From Chiloscyllium plagiosum (lineage: Eukaryota): a stretch of 64,000 bases of DNA. The translations under genes and the position numbers were made by a program. Where the stretch lies: contig NC_057758.1 of the NCBI RefSeq assembly GCF_004010195.1, positions 83,872 through 147,871 on the forward strand. Reading direction: 5' to 3'. The notes beneath the pieces are model-generated. The model was not told the origin of the DNA and ran no database searches. It was given only the letters and a program-made list of their open reading frames with translations. This document shows positions 1 to 11,342 of this stretch, in pieces; the first letter of the stretch is position 1; every line of letters begins with the position of its first letter.

Positions 1-1440
1 GTGGGAGTGAGTTACAGACTGGAATCTATATTAGATTAGATTAGATTAGATTAGATTAGATTAGATTAGATTACTTACAGTGGGGTTCAGGGTGGTTTAT
101 ATACAGATACCCAGGAGTGAGGTACAGACTGGATTCTAATTGAGGGGTTGGACCTGGTTTATATACAGACTGCCAGATACCTCGGAGTGAGTTACAGACT
201 GAAGTTTAATTGAGGCGTTCAGGGTTGTTTAGATATAGAATATCATATACCCGGGAGCGAGTTACTGACAGGAATGTAATCGAGGGGGCTCGGGTGTTTT
301 GTACGTCAAATAAGACATATCTGCAAGTGTTATGCAGGATGGAATCTAACCGAGGGGTTTGGTAAAAGTTCAAACATGCAATAACAGATAGCTGGGAATG
401 ATTTACAGGCTGGAATCTAATCCAGGGATTTGCGAAGATTTAATTATAGAATTAAAGATACCTGGGATTGAGTTACAGACTTGAATTTAATAAAGAGTTT
501 CAGTCTTGTTTATACGTAGAGTAACAGATCCACACTATTCAGTTACAGCTTGAAATTTAATCGACCCGTTCAACGTAGTTTAAAATAACACAGACTTAGA
601 AGTAAGTTACAGACTGGATTCTAACTAAAATATTCAATATGCTATATCGAATAACAAATGTCCAGGAGTGAGTTACAGACTGGAATCCGATCGGTGTGTT
701 TGAGGTGGTTTATATGTATAATAACAGATACCCGGGAGTGAGTTACAGACTGGAATCCGATCGGTGGGTTTGGGGTGGTTTATATGTATAATAACAGATA
801 CTGGGAGCGAGTTGCAGACTGGAATTTAGTAGATACGTTCAGGATGGTTTAAAATGAGATAACAGATGCCTGGGTACATCTTTCTTTTACTGGTAGGAAC
901 CTAATGCTGCGATTTATGACGATTTAAATATCGAATAACAGATACCTGGGAGTGAGTTACAAACTGGAATATAACCAAGGGTCTTTTCGATGCAGAATAA
1001 TAGGTCTTTGGGAGTGGGTTGCAAACTGGAATCTCATCGAGGTGATCAAGTTGCCTTTTTATATCGAATAACTGACTCCTGAGACTGAGTTACAGACTGA
1101 ATTGCTTTCAAGGGGTTCATGGCGGTTTACGTACAGAATAACAGCTCCCTGGCAGTGATGTACAGACTGGAATCCAATGGAGGAATTTGGCATGGTTTAT
1201 ATACAGAGAAACAGGTAACCTGGTGTGATGTACAGACTGGGCTCTAATTGAGGGATTCGGCAACGTTTATATATAGACTAACAGGTACCCGAGAGTGATG
1301 CCCAAACTGAAATCTGTGGAAGAAGACATAACTGCAACTGCGTTACAGACTGAATTGTAATCGAGGTGCTTAGATTGGTTTATATATAGACAGAAGACTC
1401 CCAGGAGTGAGTTCCAGATAGGAATCTAATCGAGGGGTTC
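1..1440. repeat. Diverged minisatellite, about 70-bp unit (GGGAGTGAGTTACAGACTGGAATCTAATCGAGGGGTT...TATATAGAATAACAGATACCC), about 20 copies
   Basis: GAGTGAGTTACAGACTGGAAT recurs throughout. The units at about 667 and 737 are nearly identical, 70 bp apart. A (TTAGA)n SINE-tail fragment interrupts the array at about 31-81. Confidence 0.9.
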
Positions 1441-1629
1441 AAATCATATTGAACGAATGGTCCATCTACACGAAATTAAAGTTATCATTCTGTCCATTAT
1501 AGTATCTAAATCTGTGAGATTTAGCAAACAGGTCTTCAATTGACACTTAAAATGTCATACAGCTTTGAACAGCTCATAAATCTATCAAAGTAAGCAAACT
1601 GGCTTTAAACATCCAGTGTGACTCATGGA

Positions 1630-2060
1630 GTCATAAACATCGACAGCGCAGAAACAAACCTATAGTCCAACTTTCCCAGTCTGACCAGATATCCCAAATA
1701 ATCTAGTCCAATTTGCCAATAATTGGCCAATATGCATCCAAACCCTTCCATTTCAATAGCCATCCAGATGCATTTTAAATATTAAACTTATCCCATACTC
1801 CACCACTTTCACATTCCAGTCATACACCCACCGTCTGTGTGAAACATTTGTGCCTCAGGCCCCCTTTAAATCGTCCCCTCTCACCTTAAACTTATGAATC
1901 TCCAATTCTGGACCCCCTCACTTCAGGGAAAATACCTTGTCTATTGATCCTATCCATGCCCCTCATGAATTTATCAAACTCTTTCAGGTCACCTTTCAGA
2001 CATCTCCATGAAAAATAGTCTGAGTCTGTTCAGCCTCTCCCAACAGTTTAAGCACTACAC
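1630..2060 (-). mobile_element. CR1-like LINE 3' fragment
   Basis: The reverse complement resembles the 3' end of the LINE at 57200-57647. Boundaries are approximate. Confidence 0.7.
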
Positions 2061-2139
2061 TCCTCTTAAAAGCTCATAAAACTATTATGGTTAGCACAAA
2101 CACCATCAACACTCACTCACCTTAGGGCAATGCTCTGAA

Positions 2140-2360
2140 CAGAGTCGACAGTATGGTGCTGGAAAAGAACAGCAGGTCAGGCAGCATCCGAGGAGCAGGA
2201 GAATCGACGATTCAGGCATAAGCCCTCCATCATTTCTTATGAAGGATTTATGCCGAAAACGTGGATTTCCCTGCTCCTCCGATGCTGCCTGACCTGCTGT
2301 GCTTTTCCAGCACCACACTCTCGACTCTGATCTCCAGCATCTGCTGTCCTCACTTTCTTG
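2140..2360. mobile_element. Palindromic short repeat, probably derived from a Penelope-like element, with decayed hammerhead-like centres
   Basis: Inverted arms GCTGGAAAAG-CAGCAGGTCAGGCAGCATC and GATGCTGCCTGACCTGCTG-CTTTTCCAGC. The same family occurs at about 14660-14785, 21909-22029, 22993-23076, 31640-31712, 51369-51741 and 53836-53965. Confidence 0.7.
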
Positions 2361-3627
2361 TAGTGCTTTTAACAGTTGATCAATGTGTCATATTAAGCAA
2401 ACAGATCTTCTCCATGAAGTTAAAATGCCACACTGCTCTTAGCAGCTCATAAATCTGTCAAACTGAGCAAACAGACATCGAACATCCACTCTGGAGGTGT
2501 TCAATAATTGCTGGCCAGCCAGTGCTGCTGGCATCCCATGAGTGAATTAAATAATGCTGGATAGTTTTTTTGGTAAAAGCTTATAAACTTTTCAGATCTA
2601 GTGAGCAGATCTTAATAACATAATGAAAAGCTCATAAATCTGTCAAATTAAGCAAATTAAATTCTCACTTCATAAGCACAGTAGCATTCGCCATGGTTAG
2701 CACACCCATATATTCAATCCCCATTCAGCATCGGAGAATGCACTTTTACATCTCATAAAAATGTCATAATAAGCAAACAGAGTATTACGAGTCACCTAAA
2801 ATAGCACAGATTGAGCAAAAAAGCCTTTCACTCACACAGACAATGCCGTAATGCCACTATTGGCTCATACATGTGCCATATTAAGTGAACAGACGGTGTA
2901 TGTTTATTTAACATAGAATTCTGCTCTAAACAGCTCAGAAGGCTGCCAGATGTTCAAAACAGATATTCTACACCGAATTAAAATAGGATAATGCACATAG
3001 CAGCTTATAAATCTGTCAAATTAAGGAGACAGATGCCCATCACCCACTGAAGAGTGCAAACGTCTTGAACAGTTCATAAATCTGTCACGTTGAGCAAAAG
3101 GAACCTTTAAATTCCCATTCTGGCCGTAACAATTTACCCACGAGTCAGATTTAGCAAAAAAAAAGGACTCACGCACTTAAAATGCTATAATTCTTTAACA
3201 GCTCATGCATATGTCAAATTAAGCAAAATAAACATTAAAATCTACCTAAGAATCATGCAATTATTCACAGCTCACGCATCTGGCATGTTTAGCACGCATC
3301 TAGCTCAAACGTCGTTGAAGATAGGATAATGCACTTAACAGGTCAGCAATGTTGCAGACATAGCATTCAGACAATCATCATACATTTAAGAGAAAAAAAA
3401 CTCTGAATTGCATATAAGGATGACAAATTAAGCATTCAGAACTTCAAAATCCACACAAAGTCTCTCAATACACTCATAAATATGTCAAAAGAAGAAAACA
3501 GATTTTCAAAACCGACACGCAATAGCATGCTGCAACACTTATTAGCTCATAAATGTGTCACGTCAGCAAAGAGATCTTCAACAACCATTGAAGAAGTCAT
3601 GCCACTCATAAATCTGTCAAATTAAGA
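2360..3627. repeat. AT-rich diverged tandem repeat, about 60-bp period, core GCTCATAAATCTGTCAAATTAAGCAAACAG
   Basis: Core visible at about 2446, 2631, 3004, 3074, 3201, 3545 and 3605, and also at about 1570. Confidence 0.8.
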
Positions 3628-3678
3628 TGTTCACTTTTTATCTTGCAGATCCGCAGTTGGACCCACCAGCGGAGCAAA

Positions 3679-5387
3679 ATGCCACCTGGGTATTCAAAAC
3701 TGGGCACTCTTCTCTTTCTCTGCCTGCTCTTCCGGGGTGGCCTCAGCGCCTGCACCACAAGCACCATCAATGACTGCCACAATGCTGACTTTGTGCCGGG
3801 GGCGCGGCTGGCGGGGCAGGGCTACGATGTGGTGACGCTGCAGCCCAAGGGGGCCTTTGTCATCGATGTGAACACCTGGCGCCCGGCCAATGGGAGCTGC
3901 ACCCTCTGTGAAAATGAGCTGCTGAATGGCGTGCGCCAACGGATGCCCGTCTCACTGGTGGACTGGCGCACCCTGAGCTCCTGCCGGCGCTCAGTCTCCA
4001 GTCAGCTTTACCGATCGCTGGCCAAGCTGGCAGAGTCCGCCAACTCCACCATCACCAACAACTGGTGGGAGGACCTGTCCGTGCAAACACCCAAAGCTGC
4101 TGTCAAGGTGGTGCTGGCTGGATCCCATTCCAAGGTGGTGGAGTTTGGCACCACCCACTCCCAGAGCGATCGCTACAGTTTCACCAGTCAACAGTTCCAA
4201 TGCCTCTACTACCAGAATCGGGTGAAGGGCAAGCCCCTCTTGGCTCCTGATTTTCAACGCTCCCTCCTAGTCTCCCAGCCAGCAACGTTGGCAATGACAC
4301 ATACCCCTACCAGAAGCTGGTGGCCACCTACCTCACGGCGGTGCAGCTGGACGGGCGTTATAAGGACGTGACGGCTATTCGGACGTGCAAGGCGGTGTAT
4401 GAGGGCTACACTGCCGAGGAGGTTAAGAACTGCCTTACGGTGGAGGCTGGTGTCACGGTCGGCTTCACCACCAAATTCTCGGAGGGCTACAAGCGATGCC
4501 AGGAGAAGGCGTGCTCCATGAAGCACAGCAACTTCCACCAGGCCTTCAGCGACCGGGAGAAGTGGGTGACGGGGGGCCGGACCCGACAGGGGGTGGATCT
4601 CTTCTTCTCCAGGGACGGCTCGGCCTTTGCACGCTGGACGGAGAGCCGGCTCACCGGCCGGGCCTTGTGCGCTACGCCCTGGAGCCGCTCCACCACCTGC
4701 TGCCCTCTGGCGACCCCAGGAAGAAGATCCTGCAGCGCTACATCAGCAACTACATCACGGGCAACGCCATCTCCCAGAACTGCGGTGAGGGCCCTCGGTG
4801 CCCTCACGGGTCCTACCCCGACCCGCGCCAACCCTGCTCCTGCCTGTGCCGTGCGGACAGTTGTGTTGACCGGAACTGCTGCTCCAAGGGGAAGGGGCTG
4901 GGTCGCCTGATGGTCACCATCAAGCTGGGCCGGGACCTCTGGGGGGGACGTCTTCTCGGGCACCGACGGCTACTTGGTGGGCATGTACGGCCAGGCACAG
5001 TCCAGGACCTCCGTGATCTCAGGCAACAACAACCCCAAGTGGAACGCCAAGCTGGACCTTGGCCAGGTCAAGGCCGATAGCGGGAACAATCTGAGCATCG
5101 GGGTCTGGGATGAGGATGTCAGAACAAGCAATGACCTCCTGGGCAAGTGCCAGGTCAGACTGATCTCCGGCACCCATGGCAAGGTCTGCTATTTCAGCTA
5201 TGGCAAGGTGACCTACGACTACAACTTCACCTGCGGCCCCCACCTAGGTGGCGCCACCTGCCAAAATTACATGCCCGGCCCTGGCAGTGTTCCCTTCACC
5301 ACTGCCGTGGATGCAACCGTCCACACCCTCCTTCTCAACCCACACTTGCCCAATACCAGTTCCAAATCGCCATTCCCCATGATCTAA
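3679..5387 (+). pseudogene. PRF1: Perforin-1-like pseudogene (signal peptide, MACPF, EGF-like, C2), coding region uninterrupted by introns
   Basis: Four overlapping ORFs join into a perforin. Signal peptide MPPGYSKLGTLLFLCLLFRGGLSA; then FVPGARLAGQGYDVVTLQPKGAFVIDVNTW, CTLCEN, TAIRTC, PGLVRYALEPLH, a Cys-rich EGF-like segment, and a C2 domain LWGDVFSGTDGY...NNNPKW...VWDED...DLLGKC...CGPHLGGATC. Frameshifts at about 4268, about 4648 and 4941-4947 (G7 where G6 keeps frame). Acceptor TTTTTATCTTGCAG ends at 3648; ATG at 3679; TAA at 5385-5387. Confidence 0.93.
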
Positions 5388-7282
5388 TTCCCCTGACCTT
5401 TACCTCCGACAGTGTCTTTCCCGGACTGTATCCTCGCTATCATGATTGTAGCATTGTAAGCCCTGTACAACGTGGGAAGCTCTATGCCATTACATCAAAA
5501 CGCTTTGAAGGCTTTTTCAACCGCGCAAGCAGCTCAATGCAGGAAAAGGTGGATTTGTATAATCTTTCACTTTCTCAATAAATCTAACTGTGCATTTAGC
5601 CTGTTCCATGTGATCTGTCTTCACGGGCACACTCGGTCAGCGAGCTTGTAGAGTGCTGTGGGGCTGTAAATGACGGGCATGGTAGGTAAAGGAAAGAAAA
5701 GTGTCCTCTTGCAATTACGCTTAAAAGTATAGGCGACTTTAAGAAATTGGTGACAACGGGGGAATCTGAGTACAGGACAAATTATGTTGTGATACATTGG
5801 TTCAACAGCTGGTCAGAGATCAGCTTAATTTCCCCAGGAACATAATAATATCCACGAAAAAGATAGATTGAGGAAAATGGGTAGGGGCGTGTATAGAGAA
5901 AGTGTTTGGGTTCATTCTTATTATGCAGAATGGGAATGGATTGGAAGGGCTTTGAGTCTTTTGGGATTATGAAGAGTGGGACTGAACGGGAATGTGTTTT
6001 GGTCGATGGGAACGTGCAGAGTGGAAGTGAATAGCAAGGAGTTTTGGGATTGGGTCGAGTGATTGTTAAAGGGAATGGGGTTGCATCACGTGACATTGTA
6101 AATAGTGGGAGGGATACCGAAGATGTTTGGTTCCAGTGGGATTGTGTGGAACGGGTCCAAATTGGAAGGGGTGTGAGTTCATTCGGATTGTGTAGAGTAG
6201 GAGGAAACAAACTTGTGTTAGGGCCCGTTGAGATTGTGTAGAGTGGGATTTCGCTCTGTTGGGATTAGAGTCAGAGAGAACCCTGGCAGGGTTCCCTTCA
6301 CCACTGCCCTGGATGCAACCGTCCACACCCTCCTTCTCAACCCACACTTGCCCAACACCCGCTCCAAATCGCCATTCCCCATGATCTAATTCCCCTGACC
6401 TTTACCTCCGATTGTGTCTTTCCCGGACTGTATCCTCGCTATCATGATTGTAGCATTGTAAGCCCTGTACAACGTGGGAAGCTCTATGCCATTACATCAA
6501 AACGCTTTGAAGGTTTTTTCAACCGCTCAAACAGCTCAATGCAGGAAAAGGTGGATTTGTATAATCTTTCACTTTCTCAATAAATCTAACTGTGCATTTA
6601 GCTTGTTCCATGTGATCTGTCTGCACGGGCACACTCAGTCAGCGAGCTTGTAGAGTGCTGTGGGGCTGTAAATGACGGGCATGGTAGGTAAAGGAAAGAA
6701 AAGTGTCCTGGTGCAATTACGCTTAAAAGTATAGGCGACTTTAAGAAATTGGTGACAACGGGGGAATCTGAGTACAGGACAAATTATGTTGTGATACATT
6801 GGTGCAACAGCTGGTCAGAGATCAGCTTAATTTCCCCAGGAACATAATAATATCCACGAAAAAGATAGATTGAGGAAAATTGGTAGGGGCGTGTATAGAG
6901 AAGGTGTTTGGGTTCATTCTTATTATGCAGAATGGGAATGGATTGGAAGGGCTTTGAGTCTTTTGGGATTATGAAGAGTGGGACTGAACGGGAATGTGTT
7001 TTGGTCGTTGGGAACGTGAAGAGTGGAAGTGAACAGCAAGGAGTTTTAGGATTGGGTCGAGTGATTGTTAAAGGGAATGGGTTTGCATCACGTGACATTG
7101 TAAATAGTGGGAGGGATACCGAAGATGTTTGGTTCCAGTGGGATTGTGTGGAACGGGTGCAAATTGGAAGGAGTGTGAGTTCATTCGGATTGTGTAGAGT
7201 AGGAGGAAACAAACTTGTGTTAGGGCCCGTTGAGATTGTGTAGAGTGGGATTTCGCTCTGTTGGGATTCGAGTCAGAGAGAA
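5279..7282. repeat. Near-identical 1002-bp tandem duplication (5279-6280 and 6281-7282) containing the perforin C-terminal tail, 3'UTR and start of the satellite
   Basis: CCCTGGCAG-GTTCCCTTCACCACTGCC occurs at 5279 and 6281. The paired ORFs 5782..6210 and 6784..7212 are nearly identical. Confidence 0.93.
5577..5582 (+). promoter_or_regulatory. Putative polyadenylation signal AATAAA of the perforin-like gene
   Basis: AATAAA lies 190 nt after the stop codon. A duplicate copy is at about 6579. Confidence 0.55.
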
Positions 7283-8425
7283 TGGCAACGGGTTTGTGGT
7301 CCATTTGGATCATGTAGAGTGGGAGTGAATGGAAAGGGGTTATGTCCATTGGGATTTTGCAGAGTTTGACTGAACGAGAGGACGTTTGGTTTCTTTTGTA
7401 TGGTAGAGAGTGGGAGTGAATGGGAAAGTGTTTGTGTCCATTGGGATTGACTAGAGTGAGGATGAATGAGAATGGGGTTGAGTTATTTGGGACTGTGTAG
7501 AATGGGAGTGAATGGGAAGAGGTGGTGAGCCATTAGCATTTTGTAGAGTGGGAGTGAACAGGAATGGGTTTTGGCCCAATGGGATTGTATCAACTGTGAA
7601 TGATCGGAAATTGGTTTTTAGTCCAATGGGATTGTGTCATGTGGGAGTGAATTGGAAAGGGTTATCGCCGGATGGGATTGTGTAGAGTGGGAGTGAATGG
7701 GAATAGGTCATAGCCCAATGGGATTGTGTGGAGTTGCAGAACATCGTGATAGATTTGTGTCCATTGGGATCGTGTAGCTTTGTGGTGAATGGATCGTTGT
7801 TTCACTCCAATTGGATTGCTTGGAGCAGAAGGGAATGTGAAGTGGATTAGTCCACTGAGATAGTTCCAACTAGGGTGGAACTTGATGTAGTTTGTTTCCA
7901 TTTGGATTGTGTAGAGTGGAAGTGAACGGAAGGGCTTTGAGTCTATTGGGACTTTGAAGACTGAAACTGAATTGAAAGGGGTTTGTGTTTATTCGGATTA
8001 TGTGGAGGGGGAGTGCACTGGAAGGGGATTGGCTGCATTGGGATTGTGCAGAATGGGAGCGAATGGAAAGTGACTTGGGTCCATTGGGATTGCATTAAGT
8101 GGGATTGAACGGAAATGAGTTTTAGTCCAATGGCACCACATGGAATTGGCGTGAATGGGACGTTATTCCTGTCCATTGGGTTGGAGTGGGAGTAGGCAGG
8201 AAGGAGTTTGGGTCCACTGGAAATGTGTAGAATGGAGGTGAATGGGGATGTGTCTCGGATCATGTGGATTATGTAGAATGGGGTTCGTATCATTTGGATT
8301 GTTTAGAGTGGGAATGCATTGGAAGATGTTTGAGCCATTTGGGATCGTGTGGAGTGACACTGAAAGGGAATGCATTTTAGTCCGAATGGTATTGTGTGTG
8401 TGGGAGTGAACTGGGAGGGGTCCGG
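5860..8425. repeat. G-rich satellite, about 45-bp unit (GGGAGTGAATGGGAAGGGGTTTGGGTCCATTGGGATTGTGTAGAGT-like), interrupted by the duplicated perforin tail
   Basis: Recurrent GGGAGTGAATGG and CCATTGGGATTGTGTAGA motifs. A paralogous block lies at 46784-47430. Confidence 0.85.
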
Positions 8426-8724
8426 CTACATTTTCATCAAAACTGATGTTGACACCCCTCTGAGAACATGAACCGAAACAGCCAAAGAGGGAAACATCAC
8501 TCTATAATCTGTCAAAGGAGAGTGAACGGTGTTGTAGCCTGTTTGTCAGCAACTTCTAGTGTTTGAACAAAATAAATCCCTCACACTCACTTTGAAATCA
8601 GCAAGTAGAAATTCAGTTATCTATTTCACAGTGAGTAAATGAAGTATACTATTCACAAAACCGAATAAGTACCTTCTAACTACTAACTATTTTCGAATAA
8701 CACAAGATTCTAATAGTATGATGT

Positions 8725-10330
8725 GCCACCAGAACTGTATATAATTCTCCAAGTACGGCTGCACGAGAGATTTATGCAGTTGCAACATGATTTCCTGTCT
8801 TCGAAACTCAATCCCTCTGCTAATAAAACCTGACACACCGAACGCCTTCCTAACAACCCTATCAACCTGGCTGGCCACTTTCAGCACATGGACACTGAGA
8901 TCTTTCTGCTCATCCACACGACCAAGCATCTTACCATTTGCCCAGTAAACCTTATTCCTGTTACTTCTTCCAAATTGAACCACCTCACACTTTTCCACAT
9001 TAAACTCCATTTGCTACCATTCAGCCCAGCTCTGCAGCTTATCGATGTCACTGTGCAACCTGCAACATCCCTCCACACTGCCACAACTCCACCGACCTTC
9101 GTGTCATCCGTAAATTTACTAACCAATCCTTCTACGCCCTCATCCATGTCATTATGCAAATGACAAACAACAGTAGTGCTAAAACAGATCCTTGCAGTAC
9201 ACCATTTGTAACTTAACTCCAGGATGAACATTTCCCACCAACGACCACCCTCTGCCTTCTTACAGCTGGCCAAATTCTGATCCAAACCGCTAAAGCACCC
9301 TCAATTCCATGTCTCTGTATTTTCTGCAGGAGCCTCCTGTGGGAAACCTTATCAAACGCTTTACTGAGATCCATTTACACCGTATCAACTGCTTTACCCT
9401 CATCCACTTGTTCGGTAACCTTCTCAATGAACTCAATAAAGTTTGTGAGGCACGGTCTTCCCTTCACAAGCTTATGTTGACTATCTCTAATTAAATGATT
9501 CCTTTCTAGCTTATTAGAAATCCTATCTCTGACAACCCTTTCCAAAACTTTACCCACAACTGAAGTAAGGCTCACTGTTCAATAATTAACAGATTTACAT
9601 CTACTCCCCTTCTTGAACAAAGTGACAGCATTTGCGATCCTCCAATCTTCTGGCAGTATTTGTGTAGATTATTATGACACAAGGATCTGCAAAGCCAAAG
9701 GATCTGCATTCTCCTCCCTAGCTTTCCAGAGAATCCTAGGATACATGACATCTGGCACAAGGTATCTCTTTTCTATTTTCACACATTCCAAATTGCTTAA
9801 CCACCTGTTTATCAATCTCAGTCCCATCAACTCCAATAGCACGTATCTCAGTATTGTCCGTGACAACATTGTGCTTTTCCAGTGTGAATACTGACAAACG
9901 ATATTCATTTAGCGCCTTTCCTATCTCTTTGGACTCTAAGCACAACTTCTCGCTATTATCCTTGACTGGGTCTAATCTTACTCCAGTCATTATTTTATTT
10001 CTGACGTATCTACACAAAGCTTGCAGGTTTTCCTTGATCCTTCATGCTAATGATTTCTTATGTCCCCTCCTGGCTCTTCTTAGCGCTCTCTTTCCGTCCT
10101 TCCTGCCCACCTTGTATCTCTCAAGCGCCCGAGCTGAACCTTCACGCCTCATCTCACCGTAAGCCTACTTCTTCTTCTTGACAAGGGATTCAACGTCATC
10201 AGTAAACCACGGTTCCCTCGCTCAACCACTTGCTCCCTGTCTGACAGGTGCATACCTATCAAATCCATGAACATGTTCCACGTTTTAATTGAACCAGACC
10301 TCTGCAGTTTCCTTTCCCTTCTTCTGCATC
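8725..10330 (-). mobile_element. Degenerate CR1-like LINE ORF2 (reverse transcriptase) fragment
   Basis: Minus-strand ORFs contain SLTSVVGKVLERVVRD, CLTNFIEFIEKVT...DEGKAVD, SKFTDDTKVGGV and MEFNVEKCEV. Confidence 0.9.
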
Positions 10331-11342
10331 ATACATAGGATCATATTTAGTCACGGACTTGACTTTCTGATAATCAGCTCAGAGTCTCCCAACTTCCCAA
10401 CTTCTATATTCAATGCCCTGACTCCTGACAGATGTCCTCTTAAATCTCTCTCTGCATGCGGTATATCTCAGGACAATCACAAACTGCTCTCTGAAACTCG
10501 CCTGAGTCACAGCATAAATCCCAGTGGTAGTGCAGCAGCTCAATAGCTGCAGTAGGAAGTTTAATTCCATCAGAAAAAAATGTGTAGATATAGTGTTTGG
10601 CAACCCAACCAGTACATGCGGAACCATATAGTATAGAACATTAGTAAAGACCACAACATCATGAAATTGTCCGAGATAGCTATGAGTAGGACGATGGATT
10701 TCCTTCGATTCTCCAACTCTGGATCTCTGGCACTCTCCCAAATGCTGTGTGCCCGGAGTCTCCTGTGGGCTCTGCTGTTCCCTCGCTCAACCACTTGCTC
10801 CCTGTCTGACAGGTGCATACCTATCAAATCCATGAACATGTTACACGTTTTAATTGAACCAGACCTCTGCAGTTTCCTTTCCCTTCTTCTGCATCCTACA
10901 TAGGATCATATTTAGTCACGGACTTGACTTTCTGATAATCAGCTCAGAGTCTCCCAACTTCCCAACTTCTATATTCAATACCCTGACTCCTGACAGATGT
11001 TCTCTTAAAACTCTCTCTGCATGCGGTATATCTCAGGACAATCATAAGCTGCTCTCTGAAACTCGCCTGAGTCACAGCATAAATCCCAGTGGTAGTGCAG
11101 CAACTCAATAGCTGCAGTATGAAGTTTAATTCCAGCAGAAAAAAAATGTGTAGATATCGTGTTTGGCAACCCAACCAGTACATGCGGAACCATATAGTAT
11201 AGAACATTAGGAAAGACACAACATCATTACATTGGCCGAGATAGCCATGAGTCGGACGATGGATTTCCTTCGATTCTCCAACTCTGGATCTCTGGCACTC
11301 TCCCAAATGCTGTGTGCCCGGAATCTCCTGTGGGCTCTGCTG
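10212..11342. repeat. 565-bp near-identical tandem duplication covering the 3' end of GPCR copy 1
   Basis: GTTCCCTCGCTCAACCACTTGCTCCC occurs at 10212 and 10777. ORFs 10289..10546 and 10854..11111 are paired. Confidence 0.92.

Noticed and set aside
1..1440. Regularly spaced repeats resembling a CRISPR array (also 2360-3627 and 58520-59322)
   Set aside because: The intervening sequences are homologous to each other rather than unique spacers, there are no cas genes, and the context is vertebrate.
4260..4950. Programmed frameshifting to rescue perforin
   Set aside because: Three separate shifts plus loss of the GTHY and GG motif residues are better explained by decay. Only the G7 run could plausibly be a sequencing error.
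3694..5243. Antisense and alternative-frame ORFs over the perforin gene
   Set aside because: By-products of high GC3 codon usage, with no recognisable domains.
5782..8375. ORFs of 65-142 aa in the G-rich satellite (also 46168..47160)
   Set aside because: Low-complexity satellite translations; the 46-kb ORF is inflated by N runs.
10379..10460. Novel GPCR-LINE fusion C-terminus (…SQGIEYRSWEVGRL)
   Set aside because: It is read-through into an adjacent LINE fragment in a copy that is already frameshifted upstream.
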